Shown here one piece after another: positions 62,360 through 64,000 of a stretch of DNA of 64,000 nucleotides; position 1 is the first letter of the stretch; every line of letters starts with the position of its first letter. This DNA is from the human T2T-CHM13v2.0 reference genome, Homo sapiens. Below the pieces are notes generated by a model. It did not search any database. It was given only the letters and a program-made list of their open reading frames with translations, and was not told where the DNA came from. The DNA lies in the NCBI RefSeq assembly GCF_009914755.1, contig NC_060926.1; one strand, given 5' to 3'. A program made the position numbers and the translations under genes.

Positions 62360-62646
62360 ACCAGGCACAGTGGCTCATGCCTGTAATCCCAGCACTTTGG
62401 GAGTCCAAGGCAGGAGCATCACCTGAGTCCAGGAGTTTAAGACCAGCCTGGGCAACATAGTGAAACCTCAGCTCTACAAAAAACTAAAAAAATTTGTGGT
62501 GGTGCATGCCTATAGTCCCAGACACTGTGGAGGCTGAGGTGGGAGGATCACTTGAGCTTAGGAGGTCGAGGTTGCAGTAAGCCATGATCACACCATTGCA
62601 CTTCAACCTGGGCAACAGAGAGGGGCCCTGTATCAGAAAAAAAAAA
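62360..62646 (+). mobile_element. Alu (AluJ-like)
   Basis: Alu consensus; TSD aaaaatttaca. Confidence 0.85.
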
Positions 62647-64000
62647 TTTACAAAAACCCTTAAATTAAAATATTTACCCAAAGAAGTTAGGTTTATTTCC
62701 TGATCCCAGGATCCAATTAAAGTTCACACATGGTATTTGGTTGTCACGGCTCCTTAGTTTCCACTAATCTAGGCCAGCCTCATAACCACAACCATCACTT
62801 ACACACACTCCCCTCTTTTTATCTTTCATCATATTAACATATTAAAGAGTTCATGTCCATTGCTTGTAGAATGCCCAATTCTGGACTTGTCTGATTGCTT
62901 CCTTATGATTAGACTCAGGTTGTGGTTTTCTTTTAAAATAAACTGTTAGTGCAACTTGACACCCCTCATGTGAGGGTGGTGCTGAGTAGTGGCTTAGCTG
63001 GGAACCCAGCAAGTGTGTTCCAACTGTTGCCCAACCTGGCCTCCTGGTGTCCCCTGGACTCCACAGCCCTGATGCTGCTCAGGTTTTGAACCCTCCCCCA
63101 CTAGAAAAATACTGAAGAATTTTCTGTGCTCCAGAGCAAGTGCTCCAGAGCTCCTAGGACCAACTGTTTATTGCCTTTGGATAACAATGCCTGAAACACT
63201 GGAACAAACATGTTTTGACGAAGGACATGGAAACTAGGATGTACCTCTATCCAGAAGCCTCTGTGCCAGAGACCTTAATCAAGACCAAGAAGATGCCCCA
63301 CTAGGCAGAGAGACTATTTACTGACAGTGTTACACCCAAGGGGTGTATATCCTTGAGGATTCCATTGTGGGACCACAGAACCAGACATGTCACCCTCACC
63401 TATAATACCAACCGCACCCAGCTGGTGTGGAGAGGATCAATGCATTTATTGAGTGAATCCTGAAAACAGAAGCTGGATGCAAATCTACTGAGATGCCCTA
63501 GGACTCCTCTAGCGGCATCTTTAAATCATCTGGGAATTTGGCTTGGCCTGGTTCAAAACTAACATGGTCAAATGAAGATTTGTGTTTCTGGCCAAGATGG
63601 AGTAACAGAGATTATGTTTACTCTCACACCTAAGATAAAACAGACAATATACAGAAAACAGTGGTTTTTAGGACACTGGACATCAGGCAATGAAGAATAG
63701 TGATCCCTGAAACAAAGGAAACAAATGAGGTAAGCTCTATGACTGCCCTAGCTTACTACCTGCAGAGTTTCCAGGCCACAGCACCAAGAGGAAGAACAGA
63801 AGGCACCAGGCAGACTCCCTGAGTTGAGAAGACAGAGCTGAGAGTCCAGGGATACCACAGTAGCTAGAGTACACAGGACAGAGCATGTAATCCAGATCTC
63901 TGGAGTTCTATATCTGAGCAGACAGGAGAGAGCTGCTCAGATACAGAATTCCAGAGATCTGGAGCATTCAGCATCAGTCAGCACATGTGTGTGAGGAAAG

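Overview
Primate (by protein sequence, human) genomic DNA from the 2p13 C-type lectin locus. It contains two tandem, minus-strand paralogous type II C-type lectin genes, reconstructed exon by exon: CD207/langerin (6 coding exons, 42864..38138, 328 aa, EPN motif intact, GC-AG first intron) and CLEC4F (27591..16322, 589 aa). CLEC4F is visibly degenerate. Its ancestral last CRD exon (16130..15980) is still open but has a dead acceptor (CAG->CGG) and QPD->QSD, and a cryptic upstream exon supplies a non-lectin C-terminus. The rodent-equivalent start codon also appears to read ATC. The window additionally holds two processed pseudogenes (HMGN2 at 10.1-11.3 kb; MOB4 inside CLEC4F intron 5), a complete THE1 MaLR element with TSD, a full-length disabled L1PA, Tigger2, MER21, about 25 Alus and several microsatellites. 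I found no wholly new biological system. The least expected sequence-level observations are a 51-bp copy of CLEC4F upstream DNA inside a nearby Alu, a perfect 46-bp tandem duplication, an in-frame rescue acceptor for the dead CLEC4F exon, and candidate LXR/PU.1/IRF/RBPJ sites. Most ORFs in the supplied track are repeat-derived or spurious.
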